DNA of 59,746 bases from Microgenomates group bacterium Gr01-1014_16 (GTDB lineage: Bacteria; Patescibacteriota; Microgenomatia; CAZETR01; Amesbacteraceae): the NCBI GenBank assembly GCA_007376345.1, contig VMGA01000001.1, positions 1 to 59,746 on the forward strand, given 5' to 3'. The translations under genes and the position numbers were made by a program. Positions 17,625 to 27,411 of this stretch are shown here, one piece after another; position 1 is the stretch's first letter; each line of letters begins with the position of its first letter. The notes beneath the pieces are model-generated. The model made no database searches. It saw only the letters and a list, made by a program, of their open reading frames with translations, and was not told where the DNA came from.

Positions 17625-18170
17625 TTATTTTAACTTATTTAAGAGTTTTGGGGAATGGAGGGGGCGGTTAACTATACTTTCAACATACTTCCAAATATTT
17701 CCTGTAAATTGTTTAGCTTTGGGCCAGTAACCTAGTTCGATTAAAATATTCAAGATCCAAGATTCAAGACTCAATTTCCAGTCGTTTTTGAGAAGTGAGA
17801 TGTGAGATAGAGAGTCTGATAGAATTTCAAAGATTTCGGGGTGGGGTTGGTGGTCGGGAGTGAGTTTGTCGATGACTTCGGCCAGTTGGTAAGCCAGGGT
17901 GACACGGCCGAGGTGTTTGCGCCAAGAAGAATATGATTCTATTAATATAACTTCGGTTATAGTATCGATTTCTCCCCTACCCTGGACGGCGTGGAATTTG
18001 ACGAGATTAAACAATTCCAGAAGCCCCGCCCGCTTTGAAGTGGGTTTGCGCAGACCTTTGGCGATAGCGGTAATTTTTCCATGGGTTTTGGAAAAAATGG
18101 TGATCAGCTTGCCGGCCTCGCCAATATTGCTGCGTTTGATAACGATACCTTCATCGGTGTAAGAATACAT
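17625..18170 (-). CDS. recO: DNA repair protein RecO
   Basis: GIVIKR...GEA.KLITIFS..HGKI.AIAKGLRK..S. Confidence 0.9.
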   Translation of the reverse strand: MYSYTDEGIVIKRSNIGEAGKLITIFSKTHGKITAIAKGLRKPTSKRAGLLELFNLVKFHAVQGRGEIDTITEVILIESYSSWRKHLGRVTLAYQLAEVIDKLTPDHQPHPEIFEILSDSLSHISLLKNDWKLSLESWILNILIELGYWPKAKQFTGNIWKYVESIVNRPLHSPKLLNKLK

Positions 18171-18171
18171 A

Positions 18172-18444
18172 TTATTCTAATGTTCTTAAGAACTTGAGAA
18201 TAGCAATGCCGCGGGGAGTGAGTTTGTGACGGACGGATTGACGAGCCGACCGTTTTAACACCAGACCTGAAATCGCCATTCTGCGAATGTGTTCGGAGGC
18301 GGTCTTGAAGTTAATGTTAACTTTATTGGAAATTTCAATGACGGAAAGTTCAGGAATTTTTTCCAGAAGTTCAAGAATAGAAATCCGGCGGTGATTGGCG
18401 AAGCCTTTGACAATTCTTTCCAGTTCCCTGTATGTTTTATCCAT
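18172..18444 (-). CDS. ArsR-family winged-helix regulator
   Basis: KGFANHRRISILELL...LSV.EI.....INFKTASEHIRRM..SGLV. Confidence 0.8.
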   Translation of the reverse strand: MDKTYRELERIVKGFANHRRISILELLEKIPELSVIEISNKVNINFKTASEHIRRMAISGLVLKRSARQSVRHKLTPRGIAILKFLRTLE

Positions 18445-18460
18445 CAAATCCAGTATACGC

Positions 18461-18558
18461 TATAGCCAACAAACCCGAGTCCGCCGACGGACGAGAGTTT
18501 TTGGATATATGCCCAACGCGGTTTGCTTGCAAACCGGAACACGTTGGGGATATTCCAA
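18461..18558. repeat. Two adjacent long hairpins
   Basis: TATAGCCAACAAAC...GTCCG-CCGA-CGGAC...GTTTTTGGATATA and CCCAACG-CGGTTTGC-TT-GCAAACCG...CGTTGGG. Confidence 0.65.
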
Positions 18559-18581
18559 TGTTCTTGAGAATTTGAGAATAG

Positions 18582-19007
18582 TTATCTCCAGAGGGAAAAC
18601 TTCTTTGTGAGTTGATTAATGGTCTCCTTTTCGCCAAACATACATATTCCATAGTATTCCAGCTGATCTTCCGGAGTGTTGCGAGTCCGCTCTTGCTGCT
18701 CGAGGTAAGTTCCAGTTGTCATAGTGTTAGAAAAATCCACAAAGTGTATAGCTTTTTCGACCAATTGTTGACGAAGGGTTCGAATTTGATTGAAATTATC
18801 CGCCTGTAAAATTATGAAAGGATTATCCGAAATGTTTTTGTGATCGTTGCCATCTTTATCAACATAGCTATCGAAGCGCATTTCGCTTAAGTTAGGATAA
18901 CTCCCTGCAAGTCCGGCGGCCATGTGTCCTAAAGCGTTCATGAGGGCACCGACGGGAATTTTCTTATTGAGGATAGCTACAAATTTGTGAGTCAAACTTA
19001 CATCCAT
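18582..19007 (-). CDS. DUF2000-like protein (Pth2-like fold)
   Basis: KFVAILNKK...G..MNALGHM..GL, YVDKDGNDH..IS..PFIILQA, YYGICMFG...LTKKFSLWR. Confidence 0.7.
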   Translation of the reverse strand: MDVSLTHKFVAILNKKIPVGALMNALGHMAAGLAGSYPNLSEMRFDSYVDKDGNDHKNISDNPFIILQADNFNQIRTLRQQLVEKAIHFVDFSNTMTTGTYLEQQERTRNTPEDQLEYYGICMFGEKETINQLTKKFSLWR

Positions 19008-19010
19008 ATT

Positions 19011-20915
19011 TTAATAGGGCAACGATAATTCTTTATCGGAAGAGAGGAGGAGTTCGGGGTGGGAGCGGCCGTTAACCTTGATATTGTAGGGGAAGGGTTT
19101 GGAGCCGGCTTGTTTTTGAATCAGGATTTTATAGGGGGATTTGATTTTGTCCGGCAATTCATATTTTAACGTAATTGTTTTGACATTTTGGGGAGTGAGA
19201 GTAAAGAAGCCTTCGAAGACTGTTTTTCCCAGATCCTCGGAGGTTTTGTCGCCGGTTTCAAAGCCTTTCGATTCTAATAATTTACTTCCCTTGGGGACAT
19301 AAATGCGAAGCCAATCACGGAAAATGCCGTTTAGTTTAAGATTGGTGCCTTTTTCGGAGAAATATTGCTGGGGATTTTTGTAGGTGAGTGTCAAAGTTTT
19401 GGTTACCTTGCCATCACCGGAAACTTCGATCTTTTGATCCGCGGTATAAGTCACCCAGGCGTTGGTTTTGGCACCGGCGAAATTGGTATCGATAATCATA
19501 AGATAATCACCGGAAAAGTCGCGGACGCGGCCAGCCAGGTTGAAACTTTCGGCGGCTTGCTGAACCTCCGGATCGATGAAATAAAACTGGACGTGTTTGG
19601 CGTTTATTGAGGAAAAAACCGTGTTGAATAAGTCCCCCATCCTGGCTTTGGGCTGGGCCATGACATTGGCCAAAACCGAATGCATCATAGGACCGATAAA
19701 AGACTTGCGGTTGCCGTAATTTCGGGGGGCAAAAACGATGTTGCCGGAAATAGAATCCCAAACGACCGGACCTTCCTGGTCGGCAAATTTTTCCAATTCA
19801 TAAAATACTTGTGGACAGTTGCAGCGTTTGTCTATCTCGGCGCTGTAGTTGCCAAACCCGGGAACGCCAATCGGCCCGGTGACTTTGAGCAGGTCAACTA
19901 ACAGCTGGGTATCAACCGCAATGATACCGTCAATTTTAGGCGATTTGGTAAGGAGATAATTGGGGTGGAAGGTGTCCATTGAGACTTTGAAGTCGGGAGA
20001 GAGATTTTGGTCACGCAGGTTCCAGTAGGCCACCTTTGGTAAGTATTTTTTGATAGGTTCAGGAGCGGGGATTTTTTTGGGGAATTTCTCGTCTAAGGTA
20101 TAAATGTCGTTGGATTGAATAAGACTGATTTTGCCCTTCTCGACCTGGATAATGGCGTAGGCGGTAATAAAGCCGCCGGTGGGGCGAAGTTCGGCATCGT
20201 TTTGGAAAAGAACCAGGTATTTTCTGGCGGAGTCGATACCCAACATAAACGGAGCCGATTCCAGAAGGGGCTGGGCATCGTTGACCAAAAGAGCGGCCTG
20301 GTTCAAAAGTGAAATGGCGGAAACTAACTTGGGCCGGATTTTTTGGGGGTAACGGTTGGGGTTGACCTGGTCAATTTCTTTGCGGGCTGTGTCCAGGCGG
20401 GAACCAATCTGGGACAATTGCGGCTTTATTTTGTCGAGAGTATTGATAATGAAATTGATCCGATCTTCGGCTGTCTTGGCCCCGTCACCCGTACCGGTCA
20501 ACCCTTTGAGACCGATAACATCGGCGTAGGGGGCAATGGCGTCAATAGTAAGATTGCCGGCAGTCAACAATTCATCGGCGGCGACAAAGACGTGATTGCC
20601 GTCGCGATAGTAGTTATTGGCAAACGGAATAAAACCGAGCCAGGAAAACGCAGAAAAGTCGCGTTTAACTTTGTCCAGCTGAACTTTAACCTGCTCCAAT
20701 TGGCTTTTTGTCCCGGGTAAGTCCTGATTTTTTACCTGGTCAGAAACCCCATTGGCTACAGTTTCCAATTGGGAAAGAGAAGCGATGAGTTTTTTGCCGG
20801 GGAGGAAAATTCCGAAAAAAGCAAAGGCGCTTAAAGCTATGAGAATGGCTCCAGCGACAGCTAGCCATTTGGGAAATTTTTTGGGTTCGAGTGAGTGAAG
20901 TAGTTCTTCAGGCAT
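19011..20915 (-). CDS. DUF4012-domain membrane-anchored protein
   Basis: YLVLFQNDAELRPTGGFI, LRDQNLSPDF, IDGIIAVD, WLRIYVPKGS. Start reassigned to MPEELL. Confidence 0.8.
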   Translation of the reverse strand: MPEELLHSLEPKKFPKWLAVAGAILIALSAFAFFGIFLPGKKLIASLSQLETVANGVSDQVKNQDLPGTKSQLEQVKVQLDKVKRDFSAFSWLGFIPFANNYYRDGNHVFVAADELLTAGNLTIDAIAPYADVIGLKGLTGTGDGAKTAEDRINFIINTLDKIKPQLSQIGSRLDTARKEIDQVNPNRYPQKIRPKLVSAISLLNQAALLVNDAQPLLESAPFMLGIDSARKYLVLFQNDAELRPTGGFITAYAIIQVEKGKISLIQSNDIYTLDEKFPKKIPAPEPIKKYLPKVAYWNLRDQNLSPDFKVSMDTFHPNYLLTKSPKIDGIIAVDTQLLVDLLKVTGPIGVPGFGNYSAEIDKRCNCPQVFYELEKFADQEGPVVWDSISGNIVFAPRNYGNRKSFIGPMMHSVLANVMAQPKARMGDLFNTVFSSINAKHVQFYFIDPEVQQAAESFNLAGRVRDFSGDYLMIIDTNFAGAKTNAWVTYTADQKIEVSGDGKVTKTLTLTYKNPQQYFSEKGTNLKLNGIFRDWLRIYVPKGSKLLESKGFETGDKTSEDLGKTVFEGFFTLTPQNVKTITLKYELPDKIKSPYKILIQKQAGSKPFPYNIKVNGRSHPELLLSSDKELSLPY

Positions 20916-20919
20916 GGGT

Positions 20920-21582
20920 TTATACGGCGCCTTTGGCAGATAACATGGCAAAGGGGGTTTGGAAAAGAATCTTTAGATCATACCACACGGCTTTGCCGAA
21001 AGAATTGGATATGATCTGGGCGTAATGAGCGTCAAGCTCCACTCTTTTATCAAAGTTAACCTGGCTGCGTCCGGTAACTTGCCAAAGGCCGGTAATTCCC
21101 GGTTTAACAGATAAAGCCAACTCTATAGATTTTTTGGTATGAGGGTATTCTTTTCTCTGGCGTTCGATTTCATCGGGATAGTAAGGCCGAGGGCCGATGA
21201 GGCTCATGTCACCCCTGATCACATTAATAAACTGGGGAACTTCGTCTATTGAATACTTGCGGATAAATTTTCCTACTTTTGTTACCCTGGGATCGTTCAT
21301 GATTTTATAATTTCCACCCTTTTGCTGTTCTTCGTAGGCTTTTTTGAACCTCGGATCCGTTTTTAGAAGCTGATAGGCGTTGGGGATCATGGATCGGAAT
21401 TTGTAGGGGTAAAACGGCTTGCCGTTTTTACCTACCCGTTTGGGGGTATCGGCGAAGACAGGACCGTCGGGAGATTCCAGTTTGATGGCAATGGCTGTGA
21501 TTATGCAGACCGGAAAAAACAAAACTCCCAATATTGTTGCCAAAATTAAATCTAATACCCGTTTAAATTCCAGATAGGACAT
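20920..21582 (-). CDS. Priming polyprenyl glycosylphosphotransferase (bacterial sugar transferase)
   Basis: KRVLD, YKFRSM, DPRVTKVGKFIRKYSIDEVPQ, GDMSLIGPRP, KPGITGLWQV. Confidence 0.92.
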   Translation of the reverse strand: MSYLEFKRVLDLILATILGVLFFPVCIITAIAIKLESPDGPVFADTPKRVGKNGKPFYPYKFRSMIPNAYQLLKTDPRFKKAYEEQQKGGNYKIMNDPRVTKVGKFIRKYSIDEVPQFINVIRGDMSLIGPRPYYPDEIERQRKEYPHTKKSIELALSVKPGITGLWQVTGRSQVNFDKRVELDAHYAQIISNSFGKAVWYDLKILFQTPFAMLSAKGAV

Positions 21583-21592
21583 GATTGTGTAG

Positions 21593-22651
21593 TTATAAGG
21601 CATTAAGGCCTTTGGATTCAATAATTTTAACAATTTCATTAACCCTGCCGCTTTGGTCAAGCGGGCAAACCAGCAATCCGCCGGGGGTATCGATCACCGC
21701 TAAATTATTGACTCCAACCAGAGCTACAACTTTATTTTTATCAGCAACTTCGACAAAATTATCTTTTCCGTCCAGGTCAATGATGTTTCCTGGAGGGTGA
21801 TAGAGATCATTAGCTATGGAGAATTCACTTAGGGATTTCCAAGTACCAATGTCTACCCATTTAAATGGCAGCTCGACTACCAACGATTCGCCCCGGGCGT
21901 GAACCTGCTCGGTTACTTCTTCAATCGGACCGGGAGCCATTTTGGCATATTCTGTTTTTACATCCGAGCCGTTGATAATATTCGTTAAGGGTTCGTACCA
22001 GTCTGGCCGATAGGTTTTGAGCATAGTTATGAAGTTTTTGGGGGTCATACAAGAGTGGTTAGCGTGGACCAGCAATAACCCATCCTTTATATGGGCTTCG
22101 ATTTCCTCAACCGATTTTCTCCAGAGATATTTAGCGACCTTGAAAACCCCAATCTCCCCGTCCTGGCTAATTTTTTCTCCTTTAACCAAGTAGTCTACGC
22201 CCTGAACAAGACTGTCGGGCTTAAACCCCCCGGTAATGTACTTTGTCTCCATCCTGGCAAGCTGGTCGCAAACATCCAGCATCCTAAGAAATTCTTCCAC
22301 TGGTTCGCGAAGATCATCCACTTGGACGACCATGAAGGGTTCATCCGCAAAGCCTAATTTCAGAAGCGTTGCTGCGATTAAGCCCGTAGCCGGACCCTGG
22401 TTCCTCATTTCCGGCTCCAGAATGTAGTTTTCAAAGGGAAGTTCCGGTATTTGTTCTTTGACGATTTTCGCCTGTTCTTCGTTAACGGAGATGTAAATAC
22501 CTTGAGGCTCGAATTTGGTTCGTAAGGTCTCGTAATTTATTTGAAGCAAAGACCTACCTTTAACCAGAGGTAGAAATTGTTTGGGCATGTGTCGGCGGCT
22601 GATCGGCCAGAGCTTGGTGCCGAACCCGCCGCAAATTATTACAGGAATCAT
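21593..22651 (-). CDS. manC: Mannose-1-phosphate guanylyltransferase-like protein
   Basis: PVIICGGFGTKLWPISR..MPKQF, EPEMRNQGPA, WVDIGTW, DT..GLLV. Confidence 0.8.
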   Translation of the reverse strand: MIPVIICGGFGTKLWPISRRHMPKQFLPLVKGRSLLQINYETLRTKFEPQGIYISVNEEQAKIVKEQIPELPFENYILEPEMRNQGPATGLIAATLLKLGFADEPFMVVQVDDLREPVEEFLRMLDVCDQLARMETKYITGGFKPDSLVQGVDYLVKGEKISQDGEIGVFKVAKYLWRKSVEEIEAHIKDGLLLVHANHSCMTPKNFITMLKTYRPDWYEPLTNIINGSDVKTEYAKMAPGPIEEVTEQVHARGESLVVELPFKWVDIGTWKSLSEFSIANDLYHPPGNIIDLDGKDNFVEVADKNKVVALVGVNNLAVIDTPGGLLVCPLDQSGRVNEIVKIIESKGLNAL

Positions 22652-23763
22652 GTGTATGCTTTACGGTAATTAGACCATTGAGCTGTAAATACTTTAACAA
22701 ATTCCGCTTTGAATCTCTCCTGAGAGAATTTTGAGGCATGAGATTTGATGAAGCGTGGGTCAAAACGGGTATGATCGAAAGAGGAAACAGCAGCAGCCAA
22801 TGAATTGGGTGAATCATCGTCTAACAGTATGCCTGTTCGATTGTGTAGGACAATTTCAGAGGCGCCTCCCCGGTTTAAGGCAATGACGGGCTTGCCGGCT
22901 GCATGGGCTTCGACGGGAACTAATCCAAAATCTTCTTCATGAAAGAAAATTACCGCTTTAGAATGTTGATAATAAGCTATGAGAGACTCGTCGGATACAA
23001 GACCGGCAAAATAAATGTGAGGTTTGGCAATTTTCTTTAACTTTTTTTCTTCTGATCCAGTACCGATAATAACCAAGGGTAAATCAATTTGGTTAAAAGC
23101 CTCTATGACCACCTGGGGCTGTTTGTGAAAAACCAAGCGGCCGACGTAAAGAAAAAAATCTTTGATAGATGGGGGGGGTTGGGGGGTTGAATAAACATCG
23201 ACATCTACTGGGGGGTAAATTAATGACGACGTCTGGTGATAATAGGTGGAAATTCGACTCTGGACAGTTTTTGAAATTGCGGCATAAGAATCGGGACGAT
23301 GACTGGCGACTTGATCCCAATACTTTAAATAATTAAACATGGGATGGTAGATTGAAGGTACTTGTTTTTTATAAAGAAGTTCGTGACTCCATAGATAGCG
23401 AGTAGGTGTAAGACAATAACAAAAATGAAAAGTTCCCGGTTTGGTAATTATTCCTTTGGCGTCGGCCGAAGTTACGGAAATGACGGCGTCATATTGGTCA
23501 AGATTCAATGATTCAAAAGCAAGAGGAGTAAGCCAAGGATAAAGTTCGTGATTGGATTTGGCGAAAAGCAGACGTTGTAAAAAAGTGGGGATGACTTTCG
23601 GAAATACTTTAGCCCACTCGGCAGTGGCAGGATTGTATACCGCAGTGTAGAGTGGCGCTTGGGGAAAAAGATCGTGCAAGACCAAGAGAACTCTTTCCGC
23701 CCCGCCCCATTTGTTTACTCGATCATAAACCAGGGCAATTTTTTGTTTTGACAAATCGGTCAT
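22648..23763 (-). CDS. GT4 glycosyltransferase
   Basis: KIALVYD...WGGAERVL, YCLTPTRYLW, EEDFGLVPVEA. Start reassigned to MTDLSK. Confidence 0.9.
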   Translation of the reverse strand: MTDLSKQKIALVYDRVNKWGGAERVLLVLHDLFPQAPLYTAVYNPATAEWAKVFPKVIPTFLQRLLFAKSNHELYPWLTPLAFESLNLDQYDAVISVTSADAKGIITKPGTFHFCYCLTPTRYLWSHELLYKKQVPSIYHPMFNYLKYWDQVASHRPDSYAAISKTVQSRISTYYHQTSSLIYPPVDVDVYSTPQPPPSIKDFFLYVGRLVFHKQPQVVIEAFNQIDLPLVIIGTGSEEKKLKKIAKPHIYFAGLVSDESLIAYYQHSKAVIFFHEEDFGLVPVEAHAAGKPVIALNRGGASEIVLHNRTGILLDDDSPNSLAAAVSSFDHTRFDPRFIKSHASKFSQERFKAEFVKVFTAQWSNYRKAYT

Positions 23764-23779
23764 ATTGTGATAGTGTTTG

Positions 23780-23868
23780 GGTACTAGATCGGGTGGCTTA
23801 GGGACCTCCCTGAATATCACTGGGGGCTGAACTAAGATTTCCTCCGCAAGGAGTCCCCGGTCTTTTTT
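23780..23868 (+). ncRNA. Candidate structured ncRNA convergent with the DUF3800-like gene
   Basis: Upstream TG-T-GATAGT (23766-23774); closing stem AGATCGGG/CCCGGTCT; inner CTTAG/CTAAG and CCTCC/GGGGG stems; CTCC-GCAA-GGAG GNRA hairpin; 3' T-run. Confidence 0.6.
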
Positions 23869-24362
23869 GGTGTAGTTCGAAAGGTGATGATGATGTCTTC
23901 AAAACTTATTTTTTTGTCTGGTTTTATTTTTCCCCTGTATACGCCAATAGCTAGGAGGTGGGCGTTTGATTTTTTACCAATTAAGATAAACTCTATTTTA
24001 TCTTTATCTATTTTTTTACCTACGCCAAGGAATAAATTTATAAGATGCTCTTTAATCTTGGCATTGTGTCCTTGATATTCTATGTCTATTTTTACCGTTC
24101 CAACGTTGTCAATGTGATCTTTGAGCAGTAAAAACAAACATGACGAAAACAGTTCGAGGTAAAGGGTGGTACCAGATTTTCCATTTTGACGAAGTGTTTC
24201 TAGGCACTTTCTTTTTACTTGAGATGTAACTTCGATTGAATATTTATTAGAGTTTGAAAAAGCTAGGACGGTATTTACTCGAGTGTCTCCAATTTTTCCA
24301 CTCTGATCAACTTCGACTGAGTATGTTGAATGGTTTCTGTTTTTTTTATTAAATTTTTTCAT
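23832..24362 (-). CDS. RNase H-fold protein, remote DUF3800-like
   Basis: N-terminal beta-strand EVDQSGK (compare YIDESG), central KIDIEY, C-terminal GKKSNAH; AT-rich. Confidence 0.55.
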   Translation of the reverse strand: MKKFNKKNRNHSTYSVEVDQSGKIGDTRVNTVLAFSNSNKYSIEVTSQVKRKCLETLRQNGKSGTTLYLELFSSCLFLLLKDHIDNVGTVKIDIEYQGHNAKIKEHLINLFLGVGKKIDKDKIEFILIGKKSNAHLLAIGVYRGKIKPDKKISFEDIIITFRTTPKKTGDSLRRKS

Positions 24363-24367
24363 TTATT

Positions 24368-24430
24368 TCTAATACTAGGTAGTATTGGAGTAACGATCGT
24401 TAATTACCATACTCTGTAGTATGGTAATTA
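24368..24430. repeat. Palindrome cluster of the ATACT-NNGT-AGTAT family
   Basis: TCTAATACT-AGGT-AGTATTGGA; TAACGATCGTTA; perfect TAATTACCATACT-CTGT-AGTATGGTAATTA. Confidence 0.8.
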
Positions 24431-25434
24431 TGAGGACAAAACGTTTTGGTAAATTTGCCATGTTTGTGCGGCCATTTTACGCCAGGAGTATTTTTTCACC
24501 TGTTGTTTGCCTTGGATAATATACTCCTTTCGGAGTTTGGGGTTATTTAAGATCGATTGGATTTTGTGGCGGCAATAACCGGTGTGCCGCAAGCCATGGC
24601 TTCCAAGCCGGGAAGTCCAAAACCTTCAATTAGGGAAGGGAATATAAACGCCATTGATTTTTGGTAAAGATTGATCAGGTCGTCATCTGAAACACGTCCT
24701 AAATATTTGACATGCGGACTTGGCGGAAGATAATTTTCAAAAACAGATCGGGCACAGACAATTACCAGTATTACTTTACCTGACAAACGGTTGATAGCAT
24801 CGATCAGGATCGGTACGTTTTTGTGGGGATAAAGATTGCCCGTATAAATGACGTAAGGACGAGCGGGAATGATATTTCTGGTGGGTAAGGGGTTTTGTAA
24901 AAACGCATTAGAAACGCCTTCGTAGGTGACAGAAACTTTACTTTCAGGGATATGGTATCTTCTCACTAATTCATCTTTCCAATATTGCGACGGGGTGATG
25001 ATGTGGCTGGAGCGATGAACCGCCATCCAAACAACATACAGATAACCAAAATATTTCAACCAATAAAAGAGTGGGTCGCGGGTGGTGGTATTGCTGCCGC
25101 GGGAGTAGTGTTTGATCAGATCATGAATGGTGACTACTATTTTGCCGTGCCAAAAAACTGGGATGGTGAAGTGGGTGGAATGTAAAAGATCGGGTTTGAT
25201 TTTCCACATAAGCATGAGCATTTCTTGCTGGGAAAGGATGCTATATGGGTGAAGATGGGCGACAAACTTATCGAACTTGGCTAATTTTGGATCTGAATAT
25301 GTATCCGGGGATACGATAAGGACAATTTTGTAATTGGGATCGTCGGGAAGGTTGGCGATAAGATTTTCCGTATACCGGCCCGGGCCGGTGTCCTTGATTC
25401 CGTAAAGCCTGGCATCAATGCAAATTTTTTGCAT
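24428..25434 (-). pseudogene. GT4 glycosyltransferase with an internal deletion and frameshift near 24568
   Basis: The ORF stops soon after EGFGLPGLEAMACGTPVIAA. The expected C-terminus (HKIQSILNNPKLRKEYIIQGKQQVKKYSWRKMAAQTWQIYQNVLSS*) is in another frame ending at 24428. Confidence 0.75.
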
Positions 25435-26218
25435 ATCTAAATTGTTTTAAAATAATAATTCCTAAATAAGTAAACCAGTTTATAAAAAACGGATATTTTT
25501 GGGACAGGTGTTTGCGGTAAAAGATATGCATGGCGTCGGTGGAGTTATTTGCCCATCGGAGACTGGTGTCTTTGGTAGCTTTGGCGGAGGAGCCTTTGAA
25601 ATGGGTAATTTTGACATCGGGAATATACATGATTTTCCAGCCTTTTTCTTTTAATTTGTAACAAAAATCAAGGTCTTCGCCGTTCCAGAAGTAATCTTCA
25701 TCCAACCAACCAACTTGGTCTCCGGCTGTCTTTCTTATCAGGGCAAAAGCCCCGGTGAGAGCGTCAATCTCGTGGATGGCATTGGGAACGTTTTTTGTAG
25801 AATAAGATGAGCGAATATTTAGGAAGTGCGCGAGAGAATTCCATGGATTCGGGAAGCCGCGATGGCAGGAATAATCGAGTGAGCCACCCGGTAACTCCAC
25901 CCGGCAAGTGGCGGCTCCAACTTCGGGGTGGGATTGCATATACTTTAAAATAGTTTCGATTGTTTCGGGATATACCATAGTATCGGGGTTTAATAAAAGA
26001 ACGAAAGAAGATGAAGAATTCTGGATTCCAATATTGTTTCCCGCAGCGAAACCGAGATTTTTTTTATTTTTGATTGTGGCAAGTTTTGCGCTGCCGTCGG
26101 TGGAAGCATTATCAACAACAATTATTTCCCATTCTTTGTGTTTGGGAATAGAAGCCAAGCAGGCTGTAAGCAGCTTTTTGACGTTGTAGCTAAGAATGAC
26201 TATGGATAAGGTTTTCAT
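25415..26218 (-). CDS. GT2 glycosyltransferase (rhamnosyltransferase-like)
   Basis: LSIVILSYN, VVDNASTDGS, NLGFAAGNN, LLNPDT, EDLDFC. Confidence 0.9.
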   Translation of the reverse strand: MKTLSIVILSYNVKKLLTACLASIPKHKEWEIIVVDNASTDGSAKLATIKNKKNLGFAAGNNIGIQNSSSSFVLLLNPDTMVYPETIETILKYMQSHPEVGAATCRVELPGGSLDYSCHRGFPNPWNSLAHFLNIRSSYSTKNVPNAIHEIDALTGAFALIRKTAGDQVGWLDEDYFWNGEDLDFCYKLKEKGWKIMYIPDVKITHFKGSSAKATKDTSLRWANNSTDAMHIFYRKHLSQKYPFFINWFTYLGIIILKQFRYAKNLH

Positions 26219-27411
26219 AAATTAGCCACTTTGCGATAAATGCCGTCAAGTTTTTGGGATATTGTTTTCCAGTCATACTTTTGGGCCACGAATTCTTTAC
26301 CAGCTTTGGCAAGCTTTTTTTGAAGTTTGACATCAGATACAACCTTGTAAACTGAATTTGCCATTTCTTGAGCCGTATTGGCCACTATGGCCTGTTTTCC
26401 GGGTATGATGTCCAGTCCCTCTAAGGCAATTTTTGTACCGATAGCTGGAGTACCTGTCGCCATAGCTTCCAGAATCTTGTAACGAGTGCCTTTCCCGCTA
26501 AAAACCGGAGCCAAAAGGACGTGAGCCTTAGCGTAGGCATCACGAATATCTGGAATGCCTCCGGTAACAATAATAGACGGATCCGATTGTTGATAAGAGA
26601 GGGCTTTTGTGGTGGGACTATTGCCAACAATTAAAAGAGAGGCCAGGGGCATTTTTTTCTTAATCAACGGCCAGACTTCATTTACCAAAAAATCAACAGC
26701 TTCTGAATTTGGTAACCATTTAAAAGTTCCAACGAATAGTATGGTTGGATTTTCGGGTAATTTTTTTCTGGTTTGATTAAACCAACTGACGTCCACACCG
26801 TTGGCTACTACATCTATGTTTTTGACGTTGGAAGCAACTGATTTGATGAATTGTTTATCGTCTTCACTCATGGTGATAAGAAAGTTGCAGCTTTCCCAAT
26901 AGTGTTTCTCCCAAAGCTTAATTTTTAGAATGTCTATCGCAAAAAAAGGTTTGAGAAAGGGTAAGCTGCTTTTGTCCGCATAACTTTGGTAACCCAAATA
27001 CTCAATCGTTTGTTCAACCAAAATAACCGGAATGGGATTTTTGGGGATGTTGGGCATCATATAAAAAGTCTCGGCGTGTATGAGATCGTAGTGGTTTTCT
27101 CTAATTTCCTTTTCGACAGTTTCTTTGGTCCCACTTACCAGATTCCTGGTCACCAGAAAAGGATAAAGACTGAAGCCGGCCCGGAGAATGTTTTTAGGAT
27201 GCCAGGGAGAAAAGGTGCGTTTAAAGACTTCTATTTTCCTACAATATTTTGATAGTTCAGGAAGATATTTTTTTTCAGACTCATCTTTAATTAAGGCAAA
27301 CAACGTAATATCGTGTTTGGAACTTAAGCTTTTAATAAGATTGTAGGAACGGATTTGTCCACCTGAAAGCAGCGGGAAAGGCAGATAGGGGGTGAGCATT
27401 AGAATGTTCAT
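26215..27411 (-). CDS. GT4 glycosyltransferase
   Basis: PFPLLSGGQIR, FVGTFKWLPN, GKGTRYKILEAMATGTP. Confidence 0.9.
   Translation of the reverse strand: MNILMLTPYLPFPLLSGGQIRSYNLIKSLSSKHDITLFALIKDESEKKYLPELSKYCRKIEVFKRTFSPWHPKNILRAGFSLYPFLVTRNLVSGTKETVEKEIRENHYDLIHAETFYMMPNIPKNPIPVILVEQTIEYLGYQSYADKSSLPFLKPFFAIDILKIKLWEKHYWESCNFLITMSEDDKQFIKSVASNVKNIDVVANGVDVSWFNQTRKKLPENPTILFVGTFKWLPNSEAVDFLVNEVWPLIKKKMPLASLLIVGNSPTTKALSYQQSDPSIIVTGGIPDIRDAYAKAHVLLAPVFSGKGTRYKILEAMATGTPAIGTKIALEGLDIIPGKQAIVANTAQEMANSVYKVVSDVKLQKKLAKAGKEFVAQKYDWKTISQKLDGIYRKVANL

Noticed and set aside
18511-18549. Integron attC site
   Set aside because: It has AAC...GTTGGGC-type ends but spans only about 39 nt, shorter than known attC sites, and no integrase is present in the window.
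23764-23820. N-terminal extension of the GT4 gene (MIFREVPK...)
   Set aside because: It runs through the candidate ncRNA, and GT4 similarity begins only after ATG 23763.
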